A stretch of 64,000 nucleotides of DNA, from assembly GCA_030649345.1 (NCBI GenBank), contig JAUSKK010000038.1, forward strand, positions 15,192 through 79,191, in the 5' to 3' direction. This document shows, one piece after another, positions 1 to 9,399 of this stretch. Each line of letters opens with the position of its first letter. The first letter of the stretch is position 1. The notes beneath the pieces were generated by a model, which saw only the letters and a list, made by a program, of their open reading frames with translations, made no database searches and was not told where the DNA came from. A program made the position numbers and the translations under genes. This stretch comes from Candidatus Iainarchaeum sp. (GTDB taxonomy: Archaea; Iainarchaeota; Iainarchaeia; Iainarchaeales; 0-14-0-20-34-12).

Positions 1-34
1 TGGATTTCGTTCATTAATTCAGGCAAAAGTTCCA

Positions 35-1000
35 TTGAATTCAACAAATATTAGTCAAAATCATGCTGCTTTGTATGTTAAAGCCAGAAGATATTCTGGA
101 ACATATCAAAGATTTGTAGAAGAAGTTCTAGGGTTGAAATACGAGGCCATTCAAATTTCTAAAGAAAAACAAGGACAACGCAGAGAACAGCATCGCGTAA
201 AAGTTGGAAAAAATTTGAAAAAAGAATTTCGAAAACTTTTGGCTGGAGATAATTCTAAACTAATTATGCATGTATTGAATCCGGCATATATGCGGGATCA
301 TTACAGAAATTTGTATCAAGCTGCGTTAAGATATTCTGGAACGTACCAAAAATTTATTGAACAAGAGCTTGGCTTAAAGTACTCAGAGGTTTTATTGTCT
401 CCGGAAGAAGCTAAACGAAGAATCTCTCAAGGCGGAAAAAATCGCTGGGCTAATGTTTCTTCGGATGAAAAACGTATATCTCAACGTACACTAAATCGCA
501 AGCGTAGATTTTCGCTGAAGAAAAAATACAGAAACAATCTTGCTCTTGCAGTGAGTTATCGTTTGCAAGGGCATAGTACAAATCGCATATCGCGGCGTTT
601 AGGCAAAAAAGATGAAACCATTCGAAGATATTTGCTGGAAGCTAAAAAATATTTAGAACCTTCCGTCATTGAACAATTGGATGACATTCAATTCGAACTT
701 CGAAATTCTTCTGTAGCCAGTGCAATTTCTTCTGAAAAAGCACGAACAATTGCTGTTCAAGTACGCAAAAAAATGCAGCAAGAATTAAATCAACAAATTC
801 GTGCTGTTGGTGAGTTAGGTTTGCAAGGATTATTCCCTGAAAAAATTGCTGAACGTATGAATCTTCCCTTTGATGAGGTTAAAACTTTGCTGGGTCTGCA
901 GTCGGAAAGTATGCATAAACGCATTTTAAGAGCTTGTTTTACTTTAGTTAAAGCTCGTGTTCAAGCTCAAAGACAATCAATTTTGCCTGCAACTACATAG
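35..1000 (+). CDS. Hypothetical basic protein with repeated LuxR/sigma70-region-4-like HTH motifs. The frame is open to the window start (TTG at 35, no in-frame upstream stop), so the gene may be 5'-partial.
   Basis: Long ORF. Internal repeat RYSGTYQ[RK]F[VI]E[EQ][VE]LGLKY occurs twice. The motif LQGHSTNRISRRLGKKDETIRRYL resembles LuxR/sigma-70 r4 HTH. Very basic composition. Confidence 0.45.
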   Translation: MNSTNISQNHAALYVKARRYSGTYQRFVEEVLGLKYEAIQISKEKQGQRREQHRVKVGKNLKKEFRKLLAGDNSKLIMHVLNPAYMRDHYRNLYQAALRYSGTYQKFIEQELGLKYSEVLLSPEEAKRRISQGGKNRWANVSSDEKRISQRTLNRKRRFSLKKKYRNNLALAVSYRLQGHSTNRISRRLGKKDETIRRYLLEAKKYLEPSVIEQLDDIQFELRNSSVASAISSEKARTIAVQVRKKMQQELNQQIRAVGELGLQGLFPEKIAERMNLPFDEVKTLLGLQSESMHKRILRACFTLVKARVQAQRQSILPATT

Positions 1001-1053
1001 CCTATGCATTAAATATTTTTGGTTAACTAATTAATTAGATTTTAGGTAATTTC

Positions 1054-2295
1054 ATGTCTTTGAAAGCAAATTTTATTCAAGCTAAAAAAGCAAGCCAAAT
1101 TTTAGCTCAAGCTAGCACAAAACAAAAAAACTTGGTTTTAAAAATTTTAGCTCAAGAACTCAAAAAACAAACAAAAGAAATTTTGAAAGCCAACCAACAA
1201 GATTTACTTGCTGGAAAAAAAATTGGACTGAATGAAGCTTTTTTAGATCGACTTGAATTAAACAAAAATCGAATTAATGGAATCATTGAATCTGTGCAGC
1301 AAGTTCAAAAATTATCTGATCCAGTTAATCAAGTTTTGGAAAAAAGAATTTTATACAATGGCTTAAAATTGAAAAAAGTTTCTGTTCCCTTTGGAGTGAT
1401 TGGAGTAATTTATGAATCTAGGCCGAATGTTACAATTGATGTTGCCATTTTGTGTTTGAAGTCAGGTAATGCTTGCTTATTGAAAGGCGGGCCGGAAGCA
1501 AACTATTCCAATCAAGCTTTAACCAAAATTATTCAAACTGCTTTACGTAAAGCAAAATTGCCTGTGCCTGCAGTTCAGTCTTTGAATCCTGAAAAGAAAA
1601 CTGTTGCAGAATTACTGCAAGCAAAACAATTTGTGGATTTAATTATTCCAAGAGGCGGGCCTGGCTTAATTAAATTTGTGGAAGAAAATTCTAAAATTCC
1701 TTTTTTGGCTGCAGGTGCAGGAATTTGTCATATATTTGTAGATGATTCTGCAGATTTAAAGAATGCTGTTGAAATTGTATTCAATGCCAAATGTCAAAGG
1801 CCATCAGTATGCAATGCTATTGAATGTGTAATTGTGCATGAAAAAATTGCTGGCAAATTTTTGCCTTTAATGGAACAAAAATTATTGGAAAAAACAACTG
1901 AATTGCTTGCAGATAAAAAATCTTTAAAATTTTTGAAAACAGGGGCCCTTGCTCAAGCAAAAGATTTTGATACTGAATTTTTGGATTACAAAATGGCAGT
2001 CAAAACAGTTCAAGATTATCAAGAAGCCATTGAGTTCATTAACCAACATGGCACCAAGCATTCGGAAAGTATTTTGTCCAAAAATAAAAAACATATTCAA
2101 GCATTTTTACGGCAAGTAGATTCTGCGGCAGTGTATGCTAATTCCAGTACTCGTTTTACGGATGGTTTTGAATTTGGCTTGGGTGCAGAAATTGGAATTT
2201 CTACTTCTAAGTTTCATGCCCGGGGTCCAATGGCTTTGAAAGAATTAACTACGTACAAATATGTGATTGAAGGAAAAGGGCAAATTCGAAATTGA
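1054..2295 (+). CDS. proA: Gamma-glutamyl phosphate reductase (glutamate-5-semialdehyde dehydrogenase)
   Basis: 413 aa. Aldehyde-dehydrogenase-fold motifs typical of ProA (VIGVIYESRPNVTIDVAILCLKSGNACLLKGG; catalytic Cys region NAIECVIVHE). proB lies 2.4 kb downstream. Confidence 0.85.
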   Translation: MSLKANFIQAKKASQILAQASTKQKNLVLKILAQELKKQTKEILKANQQDLLAGKKIGLNEAFLDRLELNKNRINGIIESVQQVQKLSDPVNQVLEKRILYNGLKLKKVSVPFGVIGVIYESRPNVTIDVAILCLKSGNACLLKGGPEANYSNQALTKIIQTALRKAKLPVPAVQSLNPEKKTVAELLQAKQFVDLIIPRGGPGLIKFVEENSKIPFLAAGAGICHIFVDDSADLKNAVEIVFNAKCQRPSVCNAIECVIVHEKIAGKFLPLMEQKLLEKTTELLADKKSLKFLKTGALAQAKDFDTEFLDYKMAVKTVQDYQEAIEFINQHGTKHSESILSKNKKHIQAFLRQVDSAAVYANSSTRFTDGFEFGLGAEIGISTSKFHARGPMALKELTTYKYVIEGKGQIRN

Positions 2296-2301
2296 TTCTA
2301 A

Positions 2302-2796
2302 ATGCCGGCACGTGTTTCCAAAGTCTATGTTTTCTGGGAACCATACTTAATGATGAAAGTCCGTGATTTACTTTTGTTGCAAAGAACACCGCGTGAAATT
2401 GCACAAGCTTTAAAGCGTTCCAATTCTCATTTGACTGAAATTGGAATTACTGGAATGATCGGGCGAGTATTTGGCAGAACTCGAGAATTATCTAACGGCC
2501 AAATTAATAAAGCGTACGATCGTTGGTTTTTGTTTTATAAAGATCAAGCAGCACGAAAAAAAATTTTAGCCCAACGCGGTCGTGCAGGCCAAAAAGTCAG
2601 AGCACAAAAATATCCCCAAAAAGAACTAGACGCAATGTTTAAACCTTTTTTTAGTTTAGGTCCAAAAGCTTTGTGGACTCGCTTGAATGCAAATCCTGAG
2701 CAAAGAAGACGTTTTTTAGAAGAACGAAATGCTGCGATTTCTAAAGCCAAGCAAAGAAAAAAGCTTGGTAAGAAAACAGCGTTCCGCAAACCTTAA
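2302..2796 (+). CDS. Hypothetical small basic protein
   Basis: 164-aa ORF, Lys/Arg-rich. Overlaps the next ORF by 68 nt in another frame. Confidence 0.4.
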   Translation: MPARVSKVYVFWEPYLMMKVRDLLLLQRTPREIAQALKRSNSHLTEIGITGMIGRVFGRTRELSNGQINKAYDRWFLFYKDQAARKKILAQRGRAGQKVRAQKYPQKELDAMFKPFFSLGPKALWTRLNANPEQRRRFLEERNAAISKAKQRKKLGKKTAFRKP

Positions 2797-2824
2797 AAAG
2801 TTCAAATTGTATTTTAACCTAAGT

Positions 2825-3928
2825 ATGCTAAGATCAAGAAAAGCTATTCATCCATCTACTCAGAGAGCTGTTCAAAATAGATTAATTGCTGGATGGACAG
2901 ATAAACAAGTTAGGGCTGAAGGTCATTCAGTTAGCACAGTAGATCGAACATTAAAAACTTTGACTCCCAAAGAAAGAGAAACTCGTACTTTGAATATGTT
3001 GTTACGCAAGCATGGTTCTCCTTTGTCTGTGGATGCAGCTAGGAAAAAATTATTGGCCAGTGTAGATAAGCCTGTTATTGAACGTGCAAAAGAATTGGGT
3101 GTTGAACCGCAAAGCTTGGCTTGGTATTTAAGATATCTGCCGGAAAAATTTCGTGCATCCAATCAAGAAAGAGTTATTCGTTTATTGAAAGCCAGAAGAA
3201 AAGCCGGAAAGCCAATTTCTTTAAAAGCTTTGGAAGCAGATAGTCCTGCATTGTATCGTGCAGCCAGACGTGCTTTTGGTTCTTATCGAAAAGCAGTGGA
3301 CGCTGCAGGCTATACTTATGAAACTGTTTCCAGAAAAGGTACCACCTCTGCTAATTTGAAGAATTATTATTCCGGACCGCAAGAAAATCGCAGAAGAAAA
3401 GAAAGTGCAATGCGAATGCGGGAAACAGTTACACGAAATAATTTGAGACTTGTTTCTCGAGTGCTTGAATTAAGACTGCAAGGTTATGCCAAAGGATTTA
3501 TTCAAAAAAGAATCCGGCAAAATAAGTCTTCGGTTCAAAGGCATTTAAGGTTTCTTTACCGGAATGCTTCGCCTGAATTGAACGCAAGACTGCAGAAAAT
3601 TACAGCTGATTTAGAACAAGCTCATGTAGCAAAACTTTCCAATGGTGCTACTATTTCTGAATCCGAAGCTAAAATAATAGTTAAACAATTTCAAGTGCAT
3701 TACAAAAATTATTTGAATCAATTAAAAAGTCAAGTATTGGATTTGCAAATGAAAGGCAAATCTTTAGAGCAAATTGCCAAAGAATTGAATGCAGAACTTT
3801 TTGATGTGACTTTGGTTCGCGGCAGGTTTTCTAGAAAAGAACAATTGGCTGTTTTAAAAGCAGCTAATGAAAGAGCGCGGCAAAATCCCAGGCCTTTAAT
3901 TCAGACTGTTGTAAGCCCTGCTGCTTAA
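2825..3928 (+). CDS. Hypothetical basic multi-HTH protein. Start moved to the internal ATG at 2825 to avoid the overlap with the upstream ORF.
   Basis: Several LuxR/sigma70-r4-like HTH-type segments (LELRLQGYAKGFIQKRIRQNKSSVQRHLRFL; KGKSLEQIAKELNAELFDVTLVRGRF). The motif SYRKAVDAAGYTYETV is shared with other basic ORFs in the window. Confidence 0.45.
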   Translation: MLRSRKAIHPSTQRAVQNRLIAGWTDKQVRAEGHSVSTVDRTLKTLTPKERETRTLNMLLRKHGSPLSVDAARKKLLASVDKPVIERAKELGVEPQSLAWYLRYLPEKFRASNQERVIRLLKARRKAGKPISLKALEADSPALYRAARRAFGSYRKAVDAAGYTYETVSRKGTTSANLKNYYSGPQENRRRKESAMRMRETVTRNNLRLVSRVLELRLQGYAKGFIQKRIRQNKSSVQRHLRFLYRNASPELNARLQKITADLEQAHVAKLSNGATISESEAKIIVKQFQVHYKNYLNQLKSQVLDLQMKGKSLEQIAKELNAELFDVTLVRGRFSRKEQLAVLKAANERARQNPRPLIQTVVSPAA

Positions 3929-3953
3929 AAATTAATTTGAACTATTTTCTAAT

Positions 3954-4700
3954 ATGGATTTTTTTGCCTTAGTTTTAATTTTTTTTGTTTCAATTTTTGC
4001 TTCTTTTATTAGTTCCATGGTGGGCAGCGGCGGTTTGATTACTATTCCTTTTTTGATTTTTTTAGGTTTGCCGGCTCCTACCGCCATTGCTTCGCATCGT
4101 GTTGGTTCTCTAGGCTTGCAGTTGGGTTCGCTTTCTCGTTTTTGGAATGAGAATAAAATTAACTGGAAATATATTTTACCGTTTACAATTATTGATGTGG
4201 TTAGTGCTTTTGTGGGCGCCCATTTATTGGTTTCAGCAGATTCCAATTTGTTGTCGAAATCTTTGGGTTTTATTTTATTGTTGTTATTGCCTTTGAGTTT
4301 TTTTAAAAAAGATTTTGGAACAGTTTCCAAAAATGTTTCCAATCAACGAAAATTTTTAGGAGTTGTTTGTTATTTTTTGGCTGGAATCTGGGGCGGTTTT
4401 TTTGGAGGAGGCGCAGGTACTTTGGTGTATGCGATTTATGTTTCTTTTTTTGGTTTTACTTTAATTGAAGCCATTGCCACAGATAAAATCCCAGGCTTTC
4501 TTTCAGGTTTACTGGCTGTAGTATTGTTTTCAGCCTATGGTTTGATTGATTATTCTGTAGGTTTTACCATGTTTTTTGCCATGATTATTGGAAGTTTTTT
4601 GGGCGCGCATATGGCTTTACAGAAAGGAAATGTTTGGCTGAAAGCCTTATTTGGCTTGATTGTTTTGATTTTAGCCTTAAAGCTGATATTTTTTAACTGA
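3954..4700 (+). CDS. TSUP/TauE-SafE family (DUF81) membrane permease
   Basis: 248 aa, about 8 hydrophobic helices. Two Gly-rich repeats (GSGGLITIPFLIFLGLP and GGFFGGGAGTLVY) characteristic of TSUP transporters. Confidence 0.7.
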   Translation: MDFFALVLIFFVSIFASFISSMVGSGGLITIPFLIFLGLPAPTAIASHRVGSLGLQLGSLSRFWNENKINWKYILPFTIIDVVSAFVGAHLLVSADSNLLSKSLGFILLLLLPLSFFKKDFGTVSKNVSNQRKFLGVVCYFLAGIWGGFFGGGAGTLVYAIYVSFFGFTLIEAIATDKIPGFLSGLLAVVLFSAYGLIDYSVGFTMFFAMIIGSFLGAHMALQKGNVWLKALFGLIVLILALKLIFFN

Positions 4701-4723
4701 TTGCTTCTTCATTTTTTAATCAT

Positions 4724-5842
4724 ATGATTCGAAACGAATTATTTAAATCAATTCAGCGGGTGGTTGTCAAAATTGGCACCAGCAGTATTTCGAATGACCA
4801 AGGAATTAATTTAGTTTTTTTGACTTCTTTAGCCAATCAAGTTAAAGAATTGCAGTCCAAAGGAGTTCAAGTCATTATTGTTTCTTCGGGTGCTATTGGT
4901 TCGGGCGCAAAAGTTTTGGGCTTAAAAGCTCCCATTCGTGTGATTGAATTACAGCAAGTAAGTGCTGCAGTAGGTCAGCCTAGATTAATGCAAGCCTATG
5001 AAAATGTTTTTTCTGGTTTGGATTTAAAAGTTGCCCAAATTTTGCTGACTTATGATGTGTTTGAAAATCGAAGAAAATATTTAAATTTACGAAATGCATT
5101 GAATGAATTATTGAAACTAAACGTGGTTCCCATTATTAACGAAAACGATGTTGTGGCTGTAGATGAAATTGGCCCAACTTTTACGGACAATGACAAACTC
5201 AGTGCTTTGGTTGCTGCGAAATTAAATGCTCAATTGTTGGTGAATTTAACCAGTACGGAAGGAGTGTATTCTCAAAATCCAAATCTTTCCAAAAATAAAA
5301 ATTTTGAAGTTATAAAAGTGGTTGACAAAATTACTCCTGAACTGGAAAAAATTGCAGGCAAACCATCCATGCATGGCACTGGCGGAATGTATTCTAAAGT
5401 TCAAGCAGCCAAAATTTGCATGAAGGCCGGAATTTTTTTAGTAATTGCCAGTTCCAAGCAGCCCAATGTTTTAAATCGAATTGTTTCCGGTGAAGAATTG
5501 GGCACATTATTTTTGCCGAAAGAAATTTTATCCAATAAACAACGATGGATTGCGTTTGGTCAGCCGAAAGGAATTTTGTTAGTGGATAATGGAGCTATGC
5601 TGGCAGTTCAAAAAGACAAAAGCTTATTGGCCATTGGTGTGCGGGAAATTATTGGTTCGTTTGAAAAAAACGAAATTGTTTCTTTGGTTTGCTCTGGAAA
5701 AGAATTTGCCCGAGGTTTAACTAATTTTTCTTCATCTGAATTAAAAAAAATCAAAGGATTGAATTCAGATCAAGCCGCAATGCAATTAGGAAAAAAGGTT
5801 AAATCTGTGGTTTTAGCCGAAAATCTTATTAAAATGAATTAA
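4724..5842 (+). CDS. proB: Glutamate 5-kinase with C-terminal PUA domain
   Basis: 372 aa. Amino-acid-kinase-fold N-terminus (VVKIGTSSIS; VIIVSSGAIGSG) and a C-terminal PUA-like segment. Same strand as proA. Confidence 0.85.
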   Translation: MIRNELFKSIQRVVVKIGTSSISNDQGINLVFLTSLANQVKELQSKGVQVIIVSSGAIGSGAKVLGLKAPIRVIELQQVSAAVGQPRLMQAYENVFSGLDLKVAQILLTYDVFENRRKYLNLRNALNELLKLNVVPIINENDVVAVDEIGPTFTDNDKLSALVAAKLNAQLLVNLTSTEGVYSQNPNLSKNKNFEVIKVVDKITPELEKIAGKPSMHGTGGMYSKVQAAKICMKAGIFLVIASSKQPNVLNRIVSGEELGTLFLPKEILSNKQRWIAFGQPKGILLVDNGAMLAVQKDKSLLAIGVREIIGSFEKNEIVSLVCSGKEFARGLTNFSSSELKKIKGLNSDQAAMQLGKKVKSVVLAENLIKMN

Positions 5843-5855
5843 GTACTGTATTTTT

Positions 5856-7334
5856 ATGTCTGAAAAAGTAAATCCAAAAACTGAAAAGATTACCTTTAAT
5901 ATTGACAAAGAAAAAAACTTTAGTGACTGGTTTACTGAAATTATTAAAACAGCTGAACTGGCGGATATTCGATACAATGTAAAAGGTTTTTTGGTTTTCC
6001 AGCCTTGGTCTGTTTTATCCATGGAATCCATTTACTTTTTTTTAGAACGAGTACTCCAAAAAAAAGGACACAAGCCTTATTGGTATCCTGCCGTGATTCC
6101 AGAGAAAAATTTTTATTTAGAACAAGAACATGTGCAAGGTTTTACTCCAGAAGTATTCTGGGTTACCGAACATGGAGCTGGAGAAAAATTAGAAGAAAAA
6201 TTAGCTTTACGTCCAACCAGTGAAACTGCTTTTTATCAAATGTTTTCAATCTGGATTCGTTCCTATAATGATTTGCCGTTTAAGACTTATCAAAGAGCGC
6301 AAGTTTGGAGATATGAAACCAAAGCCACAAGGCCTTTTTTGAGAGCAAGAGAATTTCATTGGATTGAGACTCATTGTGCTTTTGAAACCGAAGAAGATGC
6401 CAGAGCTCAAGTTCAAGAAGATATGGAAACTACAGAAGAAGTATTGCACACTATTTTAGGAGTTCCATTTATTTTTTTCAAACGACCTCAATGGGATAAA
6501 TTTGCAGGAGCTGTAAATACTTTTGGTGCAGATACTTTAATGCCGGACGGCCGAGTTCTCCAATTGCCAAGTACTCATTTATTGGGGCAAAACTTTTCCA
6601 AGCCCTTTAATGTAAAATTTACGGATTCCGAAGGTCAAGAAAAGTTTACGTTTTTGACTTGCTATGGTCCTGCGGTTGGAAGAATTTTTGCAGCCGTTTG
6701 TGCAGTTCACGGAGACAACAAAGGATTAAGATTTCCTTGGGCGATTGCTCCAGTTCAAATTGTAATTGTTCCCATTGGAATGAATAAAGATAAAAATGTT
6801 TTAACCAAAGCGCATACATTGAAAGAAAAATTACAAAATGCATTTTATCGGGTTGAAGTAGATGTTTCTGAAAAAATGCCGGGTGAAAAATTTTATTTTT
6901 GGGAAATGAAAGGAGTTCCTGTGCGTTTAGAATTAGGTCCTAAAGAAATACTGGAAGGAAAGTTAACTGTTTTCAGACGTGACACGAATTCAAAGACTCA
7001 AATTTTGGAAAAAGATTTGCTTTCATTTATTGAAAAAACTGGAAAAGAAATTACTGAAAATTTGAAAACTCAAGCAGACCAAAAATTTAAAGATGTTTTG
7101 GTTTCCGTTAAAACCAAAGCAGAAATTGAGCCAGTAATTGTTGCCGGAAAGATTGCACGTACTCCTTTTTGTTCAACCAATATGGAAGGAAATGCCTGCG
7201 CTGAATTGATTGAAAAAGAAATTCATGCCCGAGTTCGAGGTACAAGAATTGATGTTCCGCAAACTGTTTCCGGTAATTGTGTGGTGTGCAATAAGCCTGC
7301 AAAAGAAACAGTGTATATTGCCCGCGAATACTGA
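5856..7334 (+). CDS. proS: Prolyl-tRNA synthetase, archaeal/eukaryal type
   Basis: 492 aa class II aaRS. Motif 2 FKTYQRAQVWRYETKATRPFLRAREFHWIE. C-terminal Zn-binding CxxC and a terminal Tyr, typical of archaeal-type ProRS. Follows proA/proB. Confidence 0.88.
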   Translation: MSEKVNPKTEKITFNIDKEKNFSDWFTEIIKTAELADIRYNVKGFLVFQPWSVLSMESIYFFLERVLQKKGHKPYWYPAVIPEKNFYLEQEHVQGFTPEVFWVTEHGAGEKLEEKLALRPTSETAFYQMFSIWIRSYNDLPFKTYQRAQVWRYETKATRPFLRAREFHWIETHCAFETEEDARAQVQEDMETTEEVLHTILGVPFIFFKRPQWDKFAGAVNTFGADTLMPDGRVLQLPSTHLLGQNFSKPFNVKFTDSEGQEKFTFLTCYGPAVGRIFAAVCAVHGDNKGLRFPWAIAPVQIVIVPIGMNKDKNVLTKAHTLKEKLQNAFYRVEVDVSEKMPGEKFYFWEMKGVPVRLELGPKEILEGKLTVFRRDTNSKTQILEKDLLSFIEKTGKEITENLKTQADQKFKDVLVSVKTKAEIEPVIVAGKIARTPFCSTNMEGNACAELIEKEIHARVRGTRIDVPQTVSGNCVVCNKPAKETVYIAREY

Positions 7335-7348
7335 TTGTTTGAATTAAA

Positions 7349-8032
7349 CTATTTAGGTCGGTTTCTCATTCGATTAAATCGTCCAGCAATTTTTCCAAAC
7401 TTTTTTAATTGTTGTCTGCTGGCTTGAACCAGTTTTAGGTGGATATCTTTTTTTGGGTGTATTTTTTTTCTATCGGGATTGCGAAATACTTGTAGCCATA
7501 AACTTTCTCGGGCAGTTCCATGTAAATTATAAATTGAAAAAGGAGATTGTGTAGATCCTACAAAGTCAAGTTTATGCCATGCACCTTGAGTGTATGTCCA
7601 TCCTGGTTTTTGGCTGTGATTGTTAAAACTAAATGCCCCGCTAAATATGCGGGCTTTTCCTACTGTTTGAAAATATTGTTTTAGTTTTGTTATGCCCAAT
7701 CCTGTTTCACTGTATTCATCTAAAAATAATATTCTATTTTTTGGGTTTTGAAATTCAGCATATGTTTTAGGTCGTTTTTCTCGAATAGCTTGTTCTAAAG
7801 CTTCTATATTTTCAGAATCGTGAGTAATGTTTCGGGTTTTTCCCAATGCAATTATTTTTGGCATTTCTTCTATTGGATAACCACTGGCTTTCCAAGCATT
7901 TGCAATCAAATGTCTTAGAGGAACAGCAGCTGTTCCTTTTAGTGCAATTACATTAATTTTGTTTTCCTGAATCCAATTAATTAATCGAATGGATGTTAAA
8001 ATAATTTCTCGTTCAGAAGCAGATCTCGGCAT
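7349..8032 (-). CDS. Phosphoribosyltransferase (PRTase type I)-like protein
   Basis: 227 aa. PRPP-binding-like motif NRILFLDEYSETGLGI and an upstream VIALKGTAAVPLRHLIA segment. Basic C-terminal tail. Confidence 0.5.
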   Translation of the reverse strand: MPRSASEREIILTSIRLINWIQENKINVIALKGTAAVPLRHLIANAWKASGYPIEEMPKIIALGKTRNITHDSENIEALEQAIREKRPKTYAEFQNPKNRILFLDEYSETGLGITKLKQYFQTVGKARIFSGAFSFNNHSQKPGWTYTQGAWHKLDFVGSTQSPFSIYNLHGTARESLWLQVFRNPDRKKIHPKKDIHLKLVQASRQQLKKFGKIAGRFNRMRNRPK

Positions 8033-8035
8033 AAG

Positions 8036-8716
8036 TTATTTTTGTTTTCTTAAATAGTTTTCAATTTCTTCTTCGCTGACTGCGCATCCTGCGTATTTGA
8101 CTGCATACAATGCTGCTCGTGCAGCCTTGATGGTGTTGGTAATGGTTTCATTCAGTAAACCTTCTTCGTAGGCTAAAGCAATTAATTCAGTTGAACGAAT
8201 AATAATGGGCTTGGGAATAATTTGATTTAATTCATTTAAAATAGTAGAGTTTACTTGGATATTGATTCCTTGTCTTCGTTGAATTAATTCACGTAATTCA
8301 TTGGGTGTTTCAATTAACATTCTGGTAGTTTTTTCATCCATGCATAAAATTCTGGAATTGACTTGCTGCATTAATGCTAAAGATTCTGCTTCTCCTTTGT
8401 GCAAGATTTGAATAAATTTTCCATTGCTGTGAAATAATTTTCCACATAAAGAAACCATTCGTTCTTCCAGTGCTTTGGATTCAGAATTCATTTGAGCTAC
8501 TTGAATCCATTTTTCATTTAATCCTTTTTGAATTCTTTCTGAACTTAACTGAAATCGTTTAATGGTGCTGGGAGTTTCAATGCTTTCTTCGGCAACTCCT
8601 TGGCTCATTATAAATTGAATTCCTAATTTTTTGTTGAGTGCACGAAACACATCAAATAAGCAGGTTTCGCTTAAAGAAATTAAAGCGCTTGAATCCAATA
8701 CAATAATAGTGTTCAT
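8036..8716 (-). CDS. PIN-domain protein (putative nuclease)
   Basis: 226 aa. N-terminal IIVLDSSALISL with downstream acidic residues (EAESLAL, CMDEKT), consistent with a PIN fold. 3-nt gap to the downstream gene. Confidence 0.55.
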   Translation of the reverse strand: MNTIIVLDSSALISLSETCLFDVFRALNKKLGIQFIMSQGVAEESIETPSTIKRFQLSSERIQKGLNEKWIQVAQMNSESKALEERMVSLCGKLFHSNGKFIQILHKGEAESLALMQQVNSRILCMDEKTTRMLIETPNELRELIQRRQGINIQVNSTILNELNQIIPKPIIIRSTELIALAYEEGLLNETITNTIKAARAALYAVKYAGCAVSEEEIENYLRKQK

Positions 8717-8721
8717 GTGCT

Positions 8722-9399
8722 TTACCTTTTAATGATTGTTTTTGATTTTTTATATTTTTTTCGTTCTTTATACCATTGCCGTGCATTTTCCAGTTTTTGA
8801 TTTCGAATTTTATGACTTTCTTGTCTTGCATAGGCTCTTGGGTATTTTTGCTGAAAAGGATTTGTGACAGAATGTCCTTTGGCTGTAAGCGCTTTAACTA
8901 CTTCGGGTGCATGATTTTCTCCTATGACTGCATAGTCTAAATTTAGTTTTGGAATTCGTTCAATCATGGCTTTTTCTTGGGTTCCGACTGAAAATAACTC
9001 TCTTTCTCCGAAAACTGTTTGTTCAACATCTTCGCGTGATTTTGCTTTTTTGATTCTAGCCTTCAAAAATTGTGATTCTCGTTCAAAAATATTTTTTGGC
9101 AAAATAGGAACAATTTCTATGCCTCCTTGTTTGAGTTCCACGGCCAATTGATGCCAGTAGCTGGCAATAGTTGGGTGTATTCCGAATTCAAGTTTTCCAT
9201 GTTCTGTGTTCAATGCTTTTGCAGCAGGCACTTTTCCTTTCATTATTTGTTCAAATTCTTTTTCTGCTAATTCAATTCCTACTCTTGTTCCAGGTTTTAG
9301 TCTTCCTTGCGTTATTTCTTTTTGAAAAAAAGCAAACAATTGCGGTAAGGTTTGCGGGTGATGAATAACGCCAAGAATTCGCGTTGGCTTTGAAGTCAT
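8722..9399 (-). CDS. Hypothetical protein
   Basis: 225-aa ORF tightly packed with its neighbours (5-nt gap to the PIN gene, 4-nt overlap with the upstream ORF). Basic C-terminus. Confidence 0.45.
   Translation of the reverse strand: MTSKPTRILGVIHHPQTLPQLFAFFQKEITQGRLKPGTRVGIELAEKEFEQIMKGKVPAAKALNTEHGKLEFGIHPTIASYWHQLAVELKQGGIEIVPILPKNIFERESQFLKARIKKAKSREDVEQTVFGERELFSVGTQEKAMIERIPKLNLDYAVIGENHAPEVVKALTAKGHSVTNPFQQKYPRAYARQESHKIRNQKLENARQWYKERKKYKKSKTIIKR

Noticed and set aside
2544-3162. Antisense ORFs (2544–2789, 2923–3162) and many similar 60–100-aa minus or plus shadow ORFs throughout the track, such as 5813–6031, 9637–9900, 19237–19449, 29452–29760, 45028–45342 and 55326–55571
   Set aside because: They overlap well-supported genes on the opposite strand or in another frame, and have low-complexity or Cys/Phe-rich composition typical of shadow ORFs.
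2302-3928. Possible frameshifted single gene spanning ORFs 2302–2796 and 2729–3928
   Set aside because: The 68-nt overlap in different frames could equally be two genes with a downstream internal start (ATG 2825). No homopolymer slip site is evident at the junction.
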